From the NCBI GenBank assembly GCA_965649765.1, contig OZ287755.1, positions 27,466,001 to 27,530,000 on the forward strand: DNA of 64,000 nucleotides, read 5' to 3'. Position 1 is the stretch's first letter. Each line of letters begins with the position of its first letter. This document shows positions 50,001 through 62,619 of the stretch, piece by piece. The position numbers and the translations under genes are program-made. A model generated the notes under the pieces. That model saw only the letters and a list, made by a program, of their open reading frames with translations. It had not been told where the DNA came from and made no database searches. The DNA comes from Bispira polyomma (lineage: Eukaryota).

Positions 50001-53000
50001 CATCTATAGAGTGTATGTAGGAGATGAGTGTACATCTATAGAGTGTATGTAGGAGATGAGTGTACATCTATAGGGTGTCTGTAGGAGATGAGTGTGCATC
50101 TATAGAGTGTCTGTTGGAGATGAGTGTACATCTATAGAGTGTCTATATAAGATGAGTGTACATCTATAGAGTGTATGTAGGAGATGAGAGTACATCTATA
50201 GAGTGCCTGTGGGAGATGAGTGTACATCTATAGAGTGTCTGTAGATAAGTGTACATCTATAGAGTGTCTGTAGGAGATGAGTGTACATCTATGGAGTGTC
50301 TGTAGGAGATGAGTGTACATCTATAGAGTGTCTGTAGGAGATGAGTGTACATCTATAGAGTGTCTGTAGGAGATGAGTGTACATCTATAGAGTGTATGTA
50401 GGAGATGAGTGTACATCTATAGAGTGTCTGTAGGAGATGAGTGTACATCTATAGAGTGTCTGTAGGAGATGACTGTACATCTATAGAGTGTCTGTAGGAG
50501 ATGACTGTACATCTATGGAGTGTCTATATAAGATGAGTGTATATCTATAGAGTGTATGTAGGAGATGAGTGTACATCTATAGTGTGCCTGTGGGAGATGA
50601 GTGCACATCTATAGAGTGTCTGTATGAGATGAGTGTACATCTATAGAGTGTATGTAGGAGATGAGTGTACATCTATAGAGTGTATGTAGGAAATGAGTGT
50701 ACATCTATAGAGTGTATGTAGGAGATGAGTGTACATCTATAGAGTGTATGTAGGAGATGAGTGTACATCTATAGGGTGTCTGTTGGAGATGAGTGTACAT
50801 CTATAGAGTGTATGTAGATGAGTGTACATCTATAGAGTGTCTGTAGGAGATGAGTGTACATCTATAGAGTGTATGTAGGAGATGAGTGTACATCTATGGA
50901 GTGTCTGTTGGAGATGAGTGTACATCTATAGAGTGTCTGTAGGAGATGAGTGTACATCTACAGAGTGTATGTAGGAGATGAGTGTACATCTAGAGAGTGT
51001 TTGTAGGAGATGAGTGTCAATCTATAGAGTGTCTGTTGGAGATGAGTGTACATCTATAGAGTGTATGTAGGAGATGAGTGTACATCTATAGAGTGTCTGT
51101 TGGAGATGAGTGTACATCTATAGAGTGTCTGTTGGAGATGAGTGTATATCTATAGGGTGTCTGTAGGAGATGAGTGTACATCTATAGAGTGTATGTAGGA
51201 GATGAGTGTACATCTATAGAGTGTATGTAGGAGATGATTGTACATCTATGGAGTGTCTGTTGGAGATGAGTGTACATCTATAGAGTGTCTGTAGGAGATG
51301 AGTGTACATCTACAGAGTGTATGTAGGAGATGAGTGTACATCTAGAGAGTGTCTGTAGGAGATGAGTGTCAATCTATAGAGTGTCTGTTGGAGATGAGTG
51401 TACATCTATAGAGTGTCTGTTGGAGATGAGTGTACATCTATAGAGTGTATGTAGGAGATGAGTGTACATCTATAGAGTGTCTGTTGGAGATGAGTGTACA
51501 TCTATAGAGTGTCTGTTGGAGATGAGTGTACATCTATAGGGTGTCTGTAGGAGATGAGTGTACATCTATAGAGTGTATGTAGGAGATGAGTGTACATCTA
51601 TAGAGTGTATGTAGGAGATGAGTGTACATCTATAGAGTGTCTGTTGGAGATGAGTGTACATCTATAGAGTGTCTATATAAGATGAGTGTACATCTATAGA
51701 GTGTATGTAGGAGATGAGAGTACATCTATAGAGTGCCTGTGGGAGATGAGTGTACATCTATAGAGTGTCTGTAGATAAGTGTACATCTATAGAGTGTATG
51801 TAGGAGATGAGAGTACATCTATAGAGTGCCTGTGGGAGATGAGTGTACATCTATAGAGTGTATGTAGGAGATGAGTGTACATCTATAGGGTGTCTGTAGG
51901 AGATGAGTGTACATCTATAGAGTGTCTGTATGAGATGAGTGTACATCTATAGAGTGTCTGTATGAGATGAGTGTACATCTATAGAGTGTATGTAGGAGAT
52001 GAGTGTACATCTATAGAGTGTATGTAGGAGATGAGTGTACATCTATAGAGTGTCTGTATGAGATGAGTGTACATCTATAGAGTGTCTGTAGGAGATGAGT
52101 GTACATCTATAGAGTGTATGTAGGAGATGAGTGTACATCTATAGAGTGTCTGTATGAGATGAGTGTACATCTATAGAGTGTCTGTAGGAGATGAGTGTAC
52201 ATCTATAGAGTGTATGTAGGAGATGAGTGTACATCTATAGAGTGTATGTAGGAGATGAGTGTACATCTATAGAGTGCCTGTATGAGATGAGTGTACATCT
52301 ATAGAGTGTCTGTAGGAGATGACTGTACATCTATGGAGTGTCTGTTGGAGATGAGTGTACATCTATAGAGTGTCTGTAGGAGATGAGTGTACATCTACAG
52401 AGTGTATGTAGGAGATGAGTGTACATCTAGAGAGTGTCTGTAGGAGATGAGTGTCAATCTATAGAGTGTCTGTTGGAGATGAGTGTACATCTATAGAGTG
52501 TCTGTTGGAGATGAGTGTACATCTATAGAGTGTCTATATAAGATGAGTGTACATCTATAGAGTGTATGTAGGAGATGAGAGTACATCTATAGAGTGCCTG
52601 TGGGAGATGAGTGTACATCTATAGAGTGTCTGTAGATAAGTGTACATCTATAGAGTGTCTATTGGAGATGAGTGTACATCTATAGAGTGTATGTAGGAGA
52701 TGAGTGTACATCTATAGAGTGTCTGTAGGAGATGAGTGTACATCTATAGAGTGTCTGTATGAGATGAGTGTACATCTATAGAGTGTATGTAGGAGATGAG
52801 TGTACATCTATAGAGTGTATGTAGGAGATGAGTGTACATCTATAGAGTGCCTGTATGAGATGAGTGTACATCTATAGAGTGTCTGTAGGAGATGACTGTA
52901 CATCTATGGAGTGTCTATATAAGATGAGTGTATATCTATAGAGTGTATGTAGGAGATGAGTGTACATCTATAGTGTGCCTGTGAGAGATGAGTGTACATC

Positions 53001-54021
53001 TATAGAGTGTCTGTATGAGATGAGTGTACATCTATAGAGTGTATGTAGGAGATGAGTGTACATCTATAGAGTATATGTAGGAAATGAGTGTACATCTATA
53101 GAGTGTATGAAGGAGATGAGTGTACATCTATAGAGTGTATGTAGGAGATGAGTGTACATCTATAGGGTGTCTGTTGGAGATGAGTGTACATCTATAGAGT
53201 GTATGTAGGAGATGAGTGTACATCTATAGAGTGCCTGTATGAGATGAGTGTACATCTATAGAGTGTCTGTAGGAGATGAGTGTACATCTATGGAGTGTCT
53301 ATATAAGATGAGTGTACATCTATAGAGTGTATGTAGGAGATGAGTGTGCATCTATAGAGTGCCTGTGGGAGATGAGTGTACATCTATAGAGTGTCTGTAG
53401 ATAAGTGTACATCTATAGAGTGTCTGTTGGAGATGAGTGTACATCTATAGAGTGTATGTAGGAGATGAGTGTACACCTATAGAGTGTATGTAGGAGATGA
53501 GTGTACACCTATAGAGTGTATGTAGGGGTGAGTGTACACCTATAGAGTGTCTGTAGGAGATGAGTGTACATCTATAGAGTGTCTGTAGGAGATGAGTGTA
53601 CATCTATAGAGTGTCTGTAGGAGATGAGTGTACATCTATAGAGTGTCTGTAGGAGATGAGTGTACATCTATAGAGTGTATGCAGGAGATGAGTGTACACC
53701 TATAGAGTGTATGTAGGAGTTGAGTGTACATCTATAGAGTGTCTGTAGGAGATGAGTGTACATCTATAGAGTGTCTGTAGGAGATGAGTGTACATCTATA
53801 GAGTGTATGTAGGAGATGAGTGTACATCTATAGAGTGCCTGTATCAGATGAGTGTATATTAAACATACAGTGTCTCTATTAGATAAAGGACTGGTAGTTA
53901 CAACCAGTGCACAACTTACTATCTATGGTACAGGTTATTGTCAGCTCATCACCCTCTCTGATCAAACCACTAGGGGAGAAGTCCAGCTCTATGTCAGCCT
54001 TACTCAGATGACAAACCAAGA
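37923..54021 (-). CDS. Probably GPI-anchored three-Ig-domain cell-surface protein (IgSF), 5' exon(s) not located
   Basis: Nine GT-AG exons with compatible phases: 53920-54021, 46560-46727, 46081-46176, 44753-44939, 43811-43995, 42975-43165, 41977-42103, 40103-40180, 37923-38023 (~410 codons); end of a signal peptide, V-set DRGQWLC, second Ig DNDKTLTC, third Ig, P/T/N stalk, hydrophobic C-terminus. Confidence 0.88.
40103..40180 (-). CDS. Ig gene stalk exon with poly-Asn
   Basis: taacag| VVDPVTPPRAPTTTVV(N)nQ |gtatgt; phase 1-1. Confidence 0.8.
41977..42103 (-). CDS. Ig gene exon (Ig3, C-half)
   Basis: ttttag| ESGSSYTFMLHVKSVGAEGFQMYSLEVTNSQGTAIDRVQLEE |gtatgt; phase 0-1. Confidence 0.88.
42360..42510. 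repeat. ~44-bp tandem repeat, 3 copies
   Basis: accatctggccatcaggacgacctgggtgaaaagtatacccca. Confidence 0.75.
42975..43165 (-). CDS. Ig gene exon (Ig3, N-half)
   Basis: ttgtag| YKPKLTCSQ..VEISCTADMLP..MWSF..HFMVT |gtacgt; phase 1-0. Confidence 0.88.
43254..43396. other. Assembly gap (N)
   Basis: Run of N. Confidence 1.
43811..43995 (-). CDS. Ig gene exon (Ig2, C-half)
   Basis: tcacag| FNKVDSE..PEDNDKTLTCTAKAE..VTVQVH |gtaagt; phase 2-1. Confidence 0.9.
44015..44230. repeat. ~50-bp minisatellite, 4 copies
   Basis: aatactgtgtacaaagatatggttatgtttgtcggaaggatccatattta. Confidence 0.9.
44229..44745. repeat. 20-bp minisatellite, ~25 copies
   Basis: agtggtagttatagagagtc; runs up to the exon donor at 44752. 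Confidence 0.95.
44753..44939 (-). CDS. Ig gene exon (Ig2, N-half)
   Basis: ttacag| VPPSDLRL..EGQEAGIKCVVNTEGTLKPPKVTITLGDKDITE |gtaagc; phase 1-2. Confidence 0.9.
44992..45232. other. Assembly gap (N)
   Basis: Run of N. Confidence 1.
45565..45995 (-). mobile_element. tRNA-derived SINE interrupted by an L2 3' tail (45783-45906, + strand)
   Basis: Minus-strand A box TGGCTTAATGG and B box GGTTCGAATC; 3' part ttcttccaccaat..catgatatgacctaa; the L2 tail matches 7975-8030. Confidence 0.65.
46081..46176 (-). CDS. Ig gene exon (Ig1, F-G strands)
   Basis: ttgcag| GVRGADRGQWLCVHIMNNNNPLETAIETINII |gtaagt; phase 1-1; missed by the ORF track. Confidence 0.9.
46246..46352. mobile_element. Harbinger-type hairpin MITE (intact reference copy)
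   Basis: ~42-bp TIRs gggccgtattcacgaagggacttggccaagtctt..; CAG TSD. Confidence 0.85.
46560..46727 (-). CDS. Ig gene exon (Ig1, middle)
   Basis: ttttag| KYKQFELLKLVRK..ERYEVIDG..VQIVSIK |gtaaga; phase 1-1. Confidence 0.88.
46830..46916. mobile_element. Harbinger-type hairpin MITE, internally deleted copy
   Basis: gtattcactaagggacgtagccaa / ttggctaagtctcttcgtaaata. Confidence 0.7.
46971..47434. mobile_element. Left arm of the MULE family at 1163
   Basis: ggtggtttctaaaactcggag terminus, same 30-bp subterminal repeats and AT-rich body as 1163-1695. Confidence 0.85.
47560..53858. repeat. 32-bp satellite, ~195 copies, intronic
   Basis: Unit gatgagtgtacatctatagagtgt(c/a)tgt(a/t)gga; period 32 measured at 47641/47673. 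Confidence 0.97.
53920..54021 (-). CDS. Ig gene exon (end of signal peptide, start of Ig1)
   Basis: tttcag| LVCHLSKADIELDFSPSGLIREGDELTITCTID |gtaagt; phase 1-1. Confidence 0.88.
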
Positions 54022-54045
54022 CTGAAACACAAAGTAAATGTCTGA

Positions 54046-54200
54046 TGTATAACAGGTTTGCGGTCACAAAAATATGCACATCTAGTAAGCCATGTCTCTA
54101 CAATGTCTAGTGTATAACAGGTCTGCGGTCACAAAAATATGCACATCTAGTAAGCCACGTCCCTACAATGTCTAGTGTATAAAGGTCTGTAGTCACAGAT
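54046..54200. repeat. ~65-bp tandem repeat, 2.3 copies
   Basis: tgtataacaggt(t/c)tgcggtcacaaaaatatgcacatctagtaagcc. Confidence 0.8.
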
Positions 54201-55904
54201 ATATGTAAACTATGCCTCTGCAAATATAAAACCCCTTGTCATTATGATGGAATGAGGATAAAAAACTTTTTAAAATGTATAACAATGTTTTTAGATAGTC
54301 TCTGTGCGTTGAGTACAGTGATAGAATAAATCACTCCACTATGACATGAAGACACAAGTGTATGCATGGGAAGATTTAACCTTTTGGGTTGAAATAAGAA
54401 GCAACATTTTTCAAACAGTAGGGGTTGCAGAGACTAATCCATTAAACCATGCAGATATTGCAGATTTCGAATCTCATGAATGTATATTAATAATGTGTAA
54501 GGAGTGCACTGTCCTGAATACCTGAGCTATAGGAAGGCAATCTTACAGCTTGTATTAAGTAAGCATGGTTACCGTCTTACACAGTCCTACCTGTGACCCA
54601 GAGACTTTAACACTTCTTACACTCAAATAGTCCTCCTGGTTTGGGGATTTGGGGTTACCTAGCGTAAACTTTATTCCTTTTTGTTTATACATGGTAATTT
54701 TGGTCTTTAAATTCATAGTCTGCATTTACCAAGTCCTTTGAAAACCTCTTTCACACCCTAGTTTACAGGTGTTAGCAGGTAATAATGTTATAAGTAGACC
54801 AGAGCCTAAGGTGTCACATTATTTACAGATTGCAGAAGTAAATATGTCCATATTATGAACAAAGACAAAGCCAAGTCAGCCGGAAAAGATTCCGTCCCAC
54901 AAACAGGCAATACACTGTACTTAGCCTGGCTCCACCTTAACGTGTACTCACCACTTGATTGACAATGTCTTGTAGAAGGAACATATGCTCAATATATCAG
55001 AAGCTTCTGATAAAAGTATCAAGAGGTAACACTCCTTGCCACAAGTTTTTGGCCTGTACACTCCACTCTGGAAATCGAATACTTCATGGTGTTTTAAAGA
55101 AGACTCGCAGAAAAACTATTGGTGTATATATTTTTTTCCAAGTAAGATTTAGCTTTGGCAAGGCTAAACTCTTATCTTTAGGAATGTTAGGCGACAGGAT
55201 TTCCCCCTAAGCTTTTGTCAAGAAGACACAGATGATTACCAAAACAGTATGTACTCTTATGTCAACTAGAGTAGTATGGGGCTGTACAGTGTATTACTCT
55301 CTCTCCCTCTACTGTTATTGACATGATCACATTGCTAAACATATACATTGATAGGGGTAAAACTGAACAGCAGAGTGCAATTAAAGCTGAGCAGTGTTAA
55401 TCACATAAAGCAAAGTCTGGGGAATTCAAACCACCACTTTGTATTGTAGGGGCGAGTACACAATACACAGCACAGATATCAGCACCTCTCTCACAAGTCA
55501 TGGTCTACCATATATGAGCACACCATGATTTGGATAGTCTACTTTGTCAGGCCAGTTAAATCATGATGTATCCATGTATTATGTAAGAGAACAACAATCT
55601 ATAATGTAAGGTACAGTTGAGTAATGAATATGAAGAGCTGTAAGAAAGACAAGTGTGTCGAGTGAACACGCCTCCTGAACACTCATTAACTGCAAGGCCT
55701 TTTAGAGATTTAAAGAGGCACTATTTGTGTATTTGCTGACTGTGTCTGAGAACACTTATAGCCTTGGTTAAGACTCAAGTTGCCAACAAGTCTCATTAGA
55801 TGTTGAATACCTGTAGCTACACATCATCAAGTACTGGTATAAGTAACAAGGTGCTTCCTTGCTATGAGTGTGCCCCAGCCAAGACAAGGTCTCTGTGTGG
55901 GGTA

Positions 55905-56335
55905 ACTACTCTCCCAGGCTCTGTACTGTTATGTACATAGTATGCTTAATAGTTCTATAAAGTGCCTCCCCCAGGCTCTGTACTGCTATGTACATTCTAG
56001 ACTAATAATTCTATATAGCGACTCTCCCAGGCTCTGTACTGCTATGTACATTCTGGACTAATAGTTCTATAAAGTGCCTCTCCCAGGCTCTGTACTGCTA
56101 TGTACATTCTAGACTAATAATTCTATATAGCGACTCTCCCAGGCTCTGTACTGCTATGTACATTCTGGACTAATAGTTCTATATAGTGCCTCTCCCAGGC
56201 TCTGTACTGCTATGTACATAGTATGCTTAATAGTTCTATATAGTGCCTCTCCCAGGCTCTGTCCTGCTATGTACATTCTAGACTAATAATTCTATATAGT
56301 GCCTCTCCCAGGCTCTGTACTGTTATGCACATAGT
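55905..56335. repeat. 56-bp minisatellite, ~8 copies
   Basis: ctcccaggctctgtactgctatgtacattctagactaataattctatatagtgcct. Confidence 0.92.
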
Positions 56336-59300
56336 GTATCTAGTTTCAGGCCTGAGAGCTGTAACTGGTGTTTTGACTGATGCCTGATAAAAAGCAATCA
56401 GCCAAAATGATAACATCTCCCATTATGGCTGCAGTCCTATGTTTATATATAGAGTCATGTATATACATACAGTCATGTGTTTGTGCCTAGTCCTCTGGCC
56501 ACCTTACTCTCAATAACACTTATTGCTTACAATTCTAAAAGTCTGGATATATTCTACAATATTTCCCTGATATAATCCAATCTGATTATTATAATCAGTA
56601 ATACACAGAAATTTTCCCATGCAGTAACATAAATTTTGGGTCACAAGTGTACTTTTGTCGGTATTCTATCTACTTAAATCATGTCGTTGTTACTGCCATA
56701 TCGGCGCCACTGGCATCAAACATATAAACGACTTGTGTTGATTCAATATGTTATGGAGAAAATTGAATATTTGTATCAACTTCATTGTCGACATTACCAT
56801 AAATCAACGACACTGTGCAAAAGAAAAAAAAAACTTTTGAAAAGACATTCATAAACCACAACAACATGTACAGGAGAATATATTCTTATAAACAAACTTC
56901 TGGTCCAATAGCTAGAGTGAGGTTTAAAAACATTCTGGTTGACGATATTCTATGTGTAATGCAATCAAATAGCAGTGTGTTTATTGTGTGAACACGCCTG
57001 TAGTTTGTGTACGATGTTATGTACACCCAATACTGGCGGGTTTAATACACAAAAACACCAACAAACAGGGTTTGATATTAAACCAAAATCGTCCCACCTG
57101 GCGACATATCACAGAGGTTAAAACCTGATGTATATATTAGGTTTAACAGTGTACACCAGACTTGTATAAACACGTCCATCAGTTTATGGTTTTATGTATT
57201 ATACATGACACTATGATCGATCACAAATTCTACACAGGGATAATAGTATGCTGAATATACGCCTTTAAATATGTTGTCTTACAACAAGTATCAACCCCCC
57301 AGTGCCAGTAATTACAGCAGATAGTGTGATCTTTGTAATCCAGTCTGGTATGTACAGAACTAGAACTTTGAATTGATCCCCAGGTCACAATGTAATAATC
57401 ATGGTGTACCTAGGTAAGTGATCCCAGGTCTTTGGTATCAGCACAGTGTCACACTGTTACATAGGTAACTGATCCCTGGGTTGTGGTATCAACATGTACA
57501 GTGTCACACTATACAAAATGTGGACAGACATGGAGGTCTGCTAATGTGTCTAACAACACAAACGATGTATATGTACTGTGACACATAAATCGAATATTCT
57601 GTCACCAAAGTATTATTTTGCTAGATTGTCTAATTTCATGATTCCTCCAATACATTAACAGTAAAGATCCAAAACCAACATAACATACCAAGACTGGTCC
57701 CCAGTATGGCAAATAGTACATTTGATTGTTTAATTTTGAACCATACCTTTTGGGTGTTAGGATGCATGTGAACATAGCTTTAGGAATCTTGCTGAAACAG
57801 TGAAAGTGTCATTTGGTCTTCGTGACACAGTACACAGTTTTGGCTTAAATTATTTCTGTGTGTGTGTGTGGAGGGGGGGGGGGGGGGTGTTGCTGGGAGT
57901 AGTTCTACAATATTTTACTATTGAACTCTACTGCAGTAACAGTTTGTAACGGCTGTAAACAGTCTACGGCATTCTCTCGGGGACAGCTGTCTGTATTACG
58001 TGACCTGGCCACAGCCCACCATGACAGCCCACATTCCTACTGAAGGGAGGCACTGTTTGGCTACTGTCAGTGTGATTTCTAATTTAGATATTAGGAACTA
58101 TTGACTCATAGTTAGAACAGAACCAATCACGTGGTGACCCTCAAGGACAAGTCATGTGGTGGTGATAGAAAAAAAAAACTACATGTAGTTCTTATTAAAT
58201 TAACCTGTGTAAGTTTTGCTAAAAAAATTGCAGCGAAGTGTTCTGAAAAATAACGCTGAAATGAAAGGAAAGTGTGGTTCACTGGTGAGAAGGAAAACTC
58301 CCAAAAACAAACATGAAAAAAACAGTATTGGTGTCATTATCACGAGACAAAATTACACTGGATGATTGTGTGCAATAAAAAATACACACGTCATCACCAT
58401 TTTTTGTCCTGTTATAAATGTTTATTTAGGTCAAAAGGTTTGAATAAATGTTGTTGCATTAAACTTACAAGTTGGAATGCTATCCCTGGACCGTATGCAC
58501 ACTTGACCAGACCTCCATCTTACATTATTGGTAATCACATGGAATGTTGACCATCTTTCGGGTTGGTTTGAGTTGGTCACGCCTTACAATATGCAAACAT
58601 TAAGCACCTTGAAGATTGATTAGGTCAGTTGATTTAAACCCCGAGCCTTTGCAGGTTCCATGCTTCTTAGTGTGGGAACTATGTGCACTGTCTAACAAAT
58701 AAAACCGAACCAAGTCTTTGACCGAGGGAACAGTCAGTGAAATGATGAGATTTTAATTTTAGTCACACAAAGGGCCTAAAACTCAGTTCTTTTGTACAGT
58801 GTGGGGGCAGAGACTTCCCAACAGAAGGGACCACTACAGCTGGAATACGTGTACAAGTAGTTGTAGGACCTGGGTATTTGGGGACATTAGGTAGTTTGTG
58901 CACCTGTAGTCCGTGTGTATGGGTTTGGGCGTTCATTAAACTGCCCGGATTTAGGAGTCTTTTAAATGTCAAAGCAGAGTTTGAATGTGTATAACTTTTA
59001 AAATTGATGTAATTGGGTAATACAAAAACTACAACTTACATGTATAGAGATTTTGATAAGACTGACGACCGATAATGTGCAGAGTTACAATAGTCCACAT
59101 GTCCACCGACTAGACCATTTCCCAGGATCACAGCTGTAGTCAAACCTGGGAGAGACTGTATTCTATATAAATCTCTGAAATTAGTCACTCTACATTGCAT
59201 TTACATTTGTTTTACTTGAATTATTGAAAAACCCCTCGGTTTCAATATTTGTGCATGTAGGTGCACCAAACGTAGTTTCAGTTGATTGGTATGACAATAA

Positions 59301-59724
59301 CCGGTGCTCCATCAGAGCCTCAATTACTACATGAAATCAATACAGCAAACCAGTGTGCTGTAAGAGCCACTTCATACCCATCACAAGAGTCCTCCAGATC
59401 CGGACTAAGATAGCTAAATGTCAGCCCTCTATGGCTGGTGTACATTTACAATAGAAATCAATACACGACAGGGGGGTTTACGGAGTAACAATACCGAGAT
59501 AGTTCTGATACCACAGATGCCAAGACGACGTAGTGAGTCAGAGGCAAATGTCACCGTGTTACTGTGTAATAACCAGAGGGGAAGAAATGAATTATTGAGC
59601 ACTGTTTGTACAGCAATACATGATATCTTAAGAATCCAGTGGACTGATAGGAGATGATACTACTTCTGCAAACCTAATGTAAACACTTGTAAACAAATCA
59701 GAGGGGTAACTACTCCAGTAATCT

Positions 59725-59766
59725 GGTCACGTCATCAGCGGAAGTGAGGGTCGTGGTGTATAAAAG
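59725..59766 (+). promoter_or_regulatory. Putative promoter/enhancer: CRE-like, ETS and TATA motifs
   Basis: ggtcacgtca, gcggaagt and tataaaag within ~42 bp in a locally GC-rich patch. Confidence 0.35.
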
Positions 59767-62619
59767 AGGCCCTCCCCCCACCCTGTGCCTCGGATCCCCT
59801 CCCCTTATTCCCTGTCCTTGCACTGCTGGTCACCGGACAGCACGAGTGTTTGATTTAGGATTTCACTGTGAGTGTGTGTGTGTCAGGGGCAACTTTACCA
59901 CACTGTCTGTAACTCTCCCTCTGTTCCTCTAAAACATGGACTGCTCCATCCCTCCTCTCTGACACTCTGTTTCCCCATTGATTTTCTCCCACTCTTCCTC
60001 ATATAGATTTGTAGAACACATTTTTCACATACAATACCAACATGTTGCTGTTTCAATAACATCAGTCGTATTTTGTGAAGAGTGGTAAAAAACACAGATG
60101 GTGGGGAACGAGCTGGCAGTTTTCCACTTTGTTGCCATTAGATAGGAAGTTGGCTGTAGCAACAAACGACGGAAGAAGACATGCAGTTAATGTAGTTATG
60201 GTGGTTTGGCGTGATTACTTGGCGTGTAGAGCAAAATAAGGTGGCCAAGACCCATAAGTAGCAAATCTTATTGCATTAAGCAACCTCCCATCAAAAGAAA
60301 AACAGGGTCATTGTAAAGGCATCTGGCTGTCTGAACAAAGTATGTATACTAATTTTAAGTATACTCATTATGTCCTGGACATTAAAATATCTATAACAAA
60401 CAATGAAAGATGATTCAAAGACAATCAACTTCATGGTAACAAAACCATGCTCATAATTTAGTCATTTATTTCTATCAATTTAATTGAGGAATAAGTTTTT
60501 ATTAATAGTATGAATGGAAGCAAAGGCCACATGAATATTTAGCACTGCGTGATAGAAAAACACCCCAAGGTTTCCGTCTTATTTTGTCCAAATGTTGTCT
60601 ATATTGGTATGTGTGGTCTTGTTTGGATGTGTCAACCCTGTCCATTAAAGTGGTTAATTCACGGATACCTAAATAGTTACAACAAAAACTCTGTGTGGGT
60701 CAACATGTGCTGGTCATCTACACATGGAAATGTGGCACACATAAACCGGTACTATTCATTATTATGACACATCCATTAACACTCTTGAAAACTTACAGTG
60801 CTTACATTAAGCTTTGGTCTTGGTTTCCACTGTAACTATAAGGACACACCCTTCTCCCCATTCTTGTACACTTGAATAGTTAAATTGTCAAGTTTACCCT
60901 TACAAATAACCTTTCCATTGTTGTGGACTGTGGTGTTTAAATGGTCAAGTTTACCTTACAGATAACATTTACACTGTTGCTGATGCTGTATTATTCAGAT
61001 TGACATTAAATACAAACAACCTTTGCATCTTACACCGTTTAAGTTTAGTATCTAAATGGGTAGATGTGCCTTATAGATCTCCTTCTTACTTCTATATACA
61101 ATTCTGGTGCCATGCTGACACTGGTGGTTCCCCAAGTGAGCCAGTGAGATGACTCCATTAAAGCTACCTCACCCTGCATAATGAGGCTCAGTGTGAACTT
61201 TACAAGTCACCCCTGGATGTCTGAACCCTGTCCACAACACTTCATGAACAGCTTTATATTGTTGTAACATACATATTAGTTCAGAATGCATACATTTTCA
61301 ATCTTTTCAGAGGTGCTGTTTGACTTCATACCATGTAAGATGGTATGTCATCAGTACCCAGTGTGGAAGAGTGTGGACTTTGTACTTACACAAAGTGTGG
61401 ATGTACCAGTCGAATTACCATGATTATGGCATTTATATTTACATCTTTAGACAAGTCCCCAAAGTGACAATAAACCAGCCATCTGCTGTGTACAATAAGT
61501 GTTTGTAGTGGATCTAGACCTTACTACACACAACAACAGTGGCACAATCCTGACCGCTTTGGTCAGATAGAATGTATTATCCGGAAACTTTTTATTTATG
61601 TCAACATAATAAAAATTGTAACTTTTGTCAAGCATGAGGACAGCATTTGACATTTTATCAATAAAAATCTCACATCTGTATCATTATAAATGCAGGACTT
61701 AAAACTCCTGATATTGATATTCTTTCAACTGATATTGAAATCTGTCTGAATCAAAGATAGTTTAATCTTACTTGAAAACTAATCTAGTAATGCAGATCAT
61801 TAATACTGCTCAGCACCCTGCCATAACATTCAGATGCTCTAGGTACAGACCACAATGTAAGCTCTTTGGCCTGCAGTTGAGAAAATATGCTTTGATGTGT
61901 TAAAAATTTTTCTGCCGAATTTTGTAAAGCATCAATACCAATAAAATGTCAAGTTCTGTTCACAAAATGTGTAATTTGTCCATTTTCTGTGGCCAAATCT
62001 TAGTTACCAAAGTTAATTTATACTTTAAGGTTCCCACGGTCCTTTGTTAATCATTGCTTTGACATTAGACAGGGTTTGTGTGTTCAGGGTTCAGATAACA
62101 TTATAGGACTACTTACAGCAATGTCAAGTGAGACTTCACACCATAGCTCATTCATAGGGTATGTGAAAACTACTAAAGTCCTGGGCTGTGTAGATACAAT
62201 ACGTAACTGCTAGGGCAATGCTGGGAATGCAACTGTCTTAAATATTATAGCAGAATCTGACATTAGAAAAGGACTTGTACTCTGAGGTTTAAGACTAGTG
62301 GTTGGATAGGAACTACATGTATTAAAAGACCTCTTTATTGTCAAAACAGGAAGAATATTGCCAGAATAGGATGTTGTCTTGCTATTTTATAAACTTTGTC
62401 CTGAAACTAGTTGAAGTAGTCACAGCTAAACTTAACCAACTCGGTGTCATTTAAATGGATATTTATCCTCATGTCAAACTTGCAATGATAACCCCTTTCC
62501 TGAGGTAATCCAACACTATCACAGTCGGTCTTAAATCTGTTCATAGGTTCTGGGACATATTTGGTTTATAGAACCCACCCCTGTGTGTGTTTATTCAGTG
62601 AACCGAGGGGTGGGGAGTT

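Noticed and set aside
47560-53858. CRISPR-like array (32-bp palindromic repeats)
   Set aside because: Units are head-to-tail with no unique spacers, no cas genes are present, and the context is a eukaryotic intron.
54940-62160. Candidate first exons of the Ig gene (donors near 54948, 57746, 62116)
   Set aside because: Wrong phase or no hydrophobic signal peptide; exon 1 may lie beyond the window.
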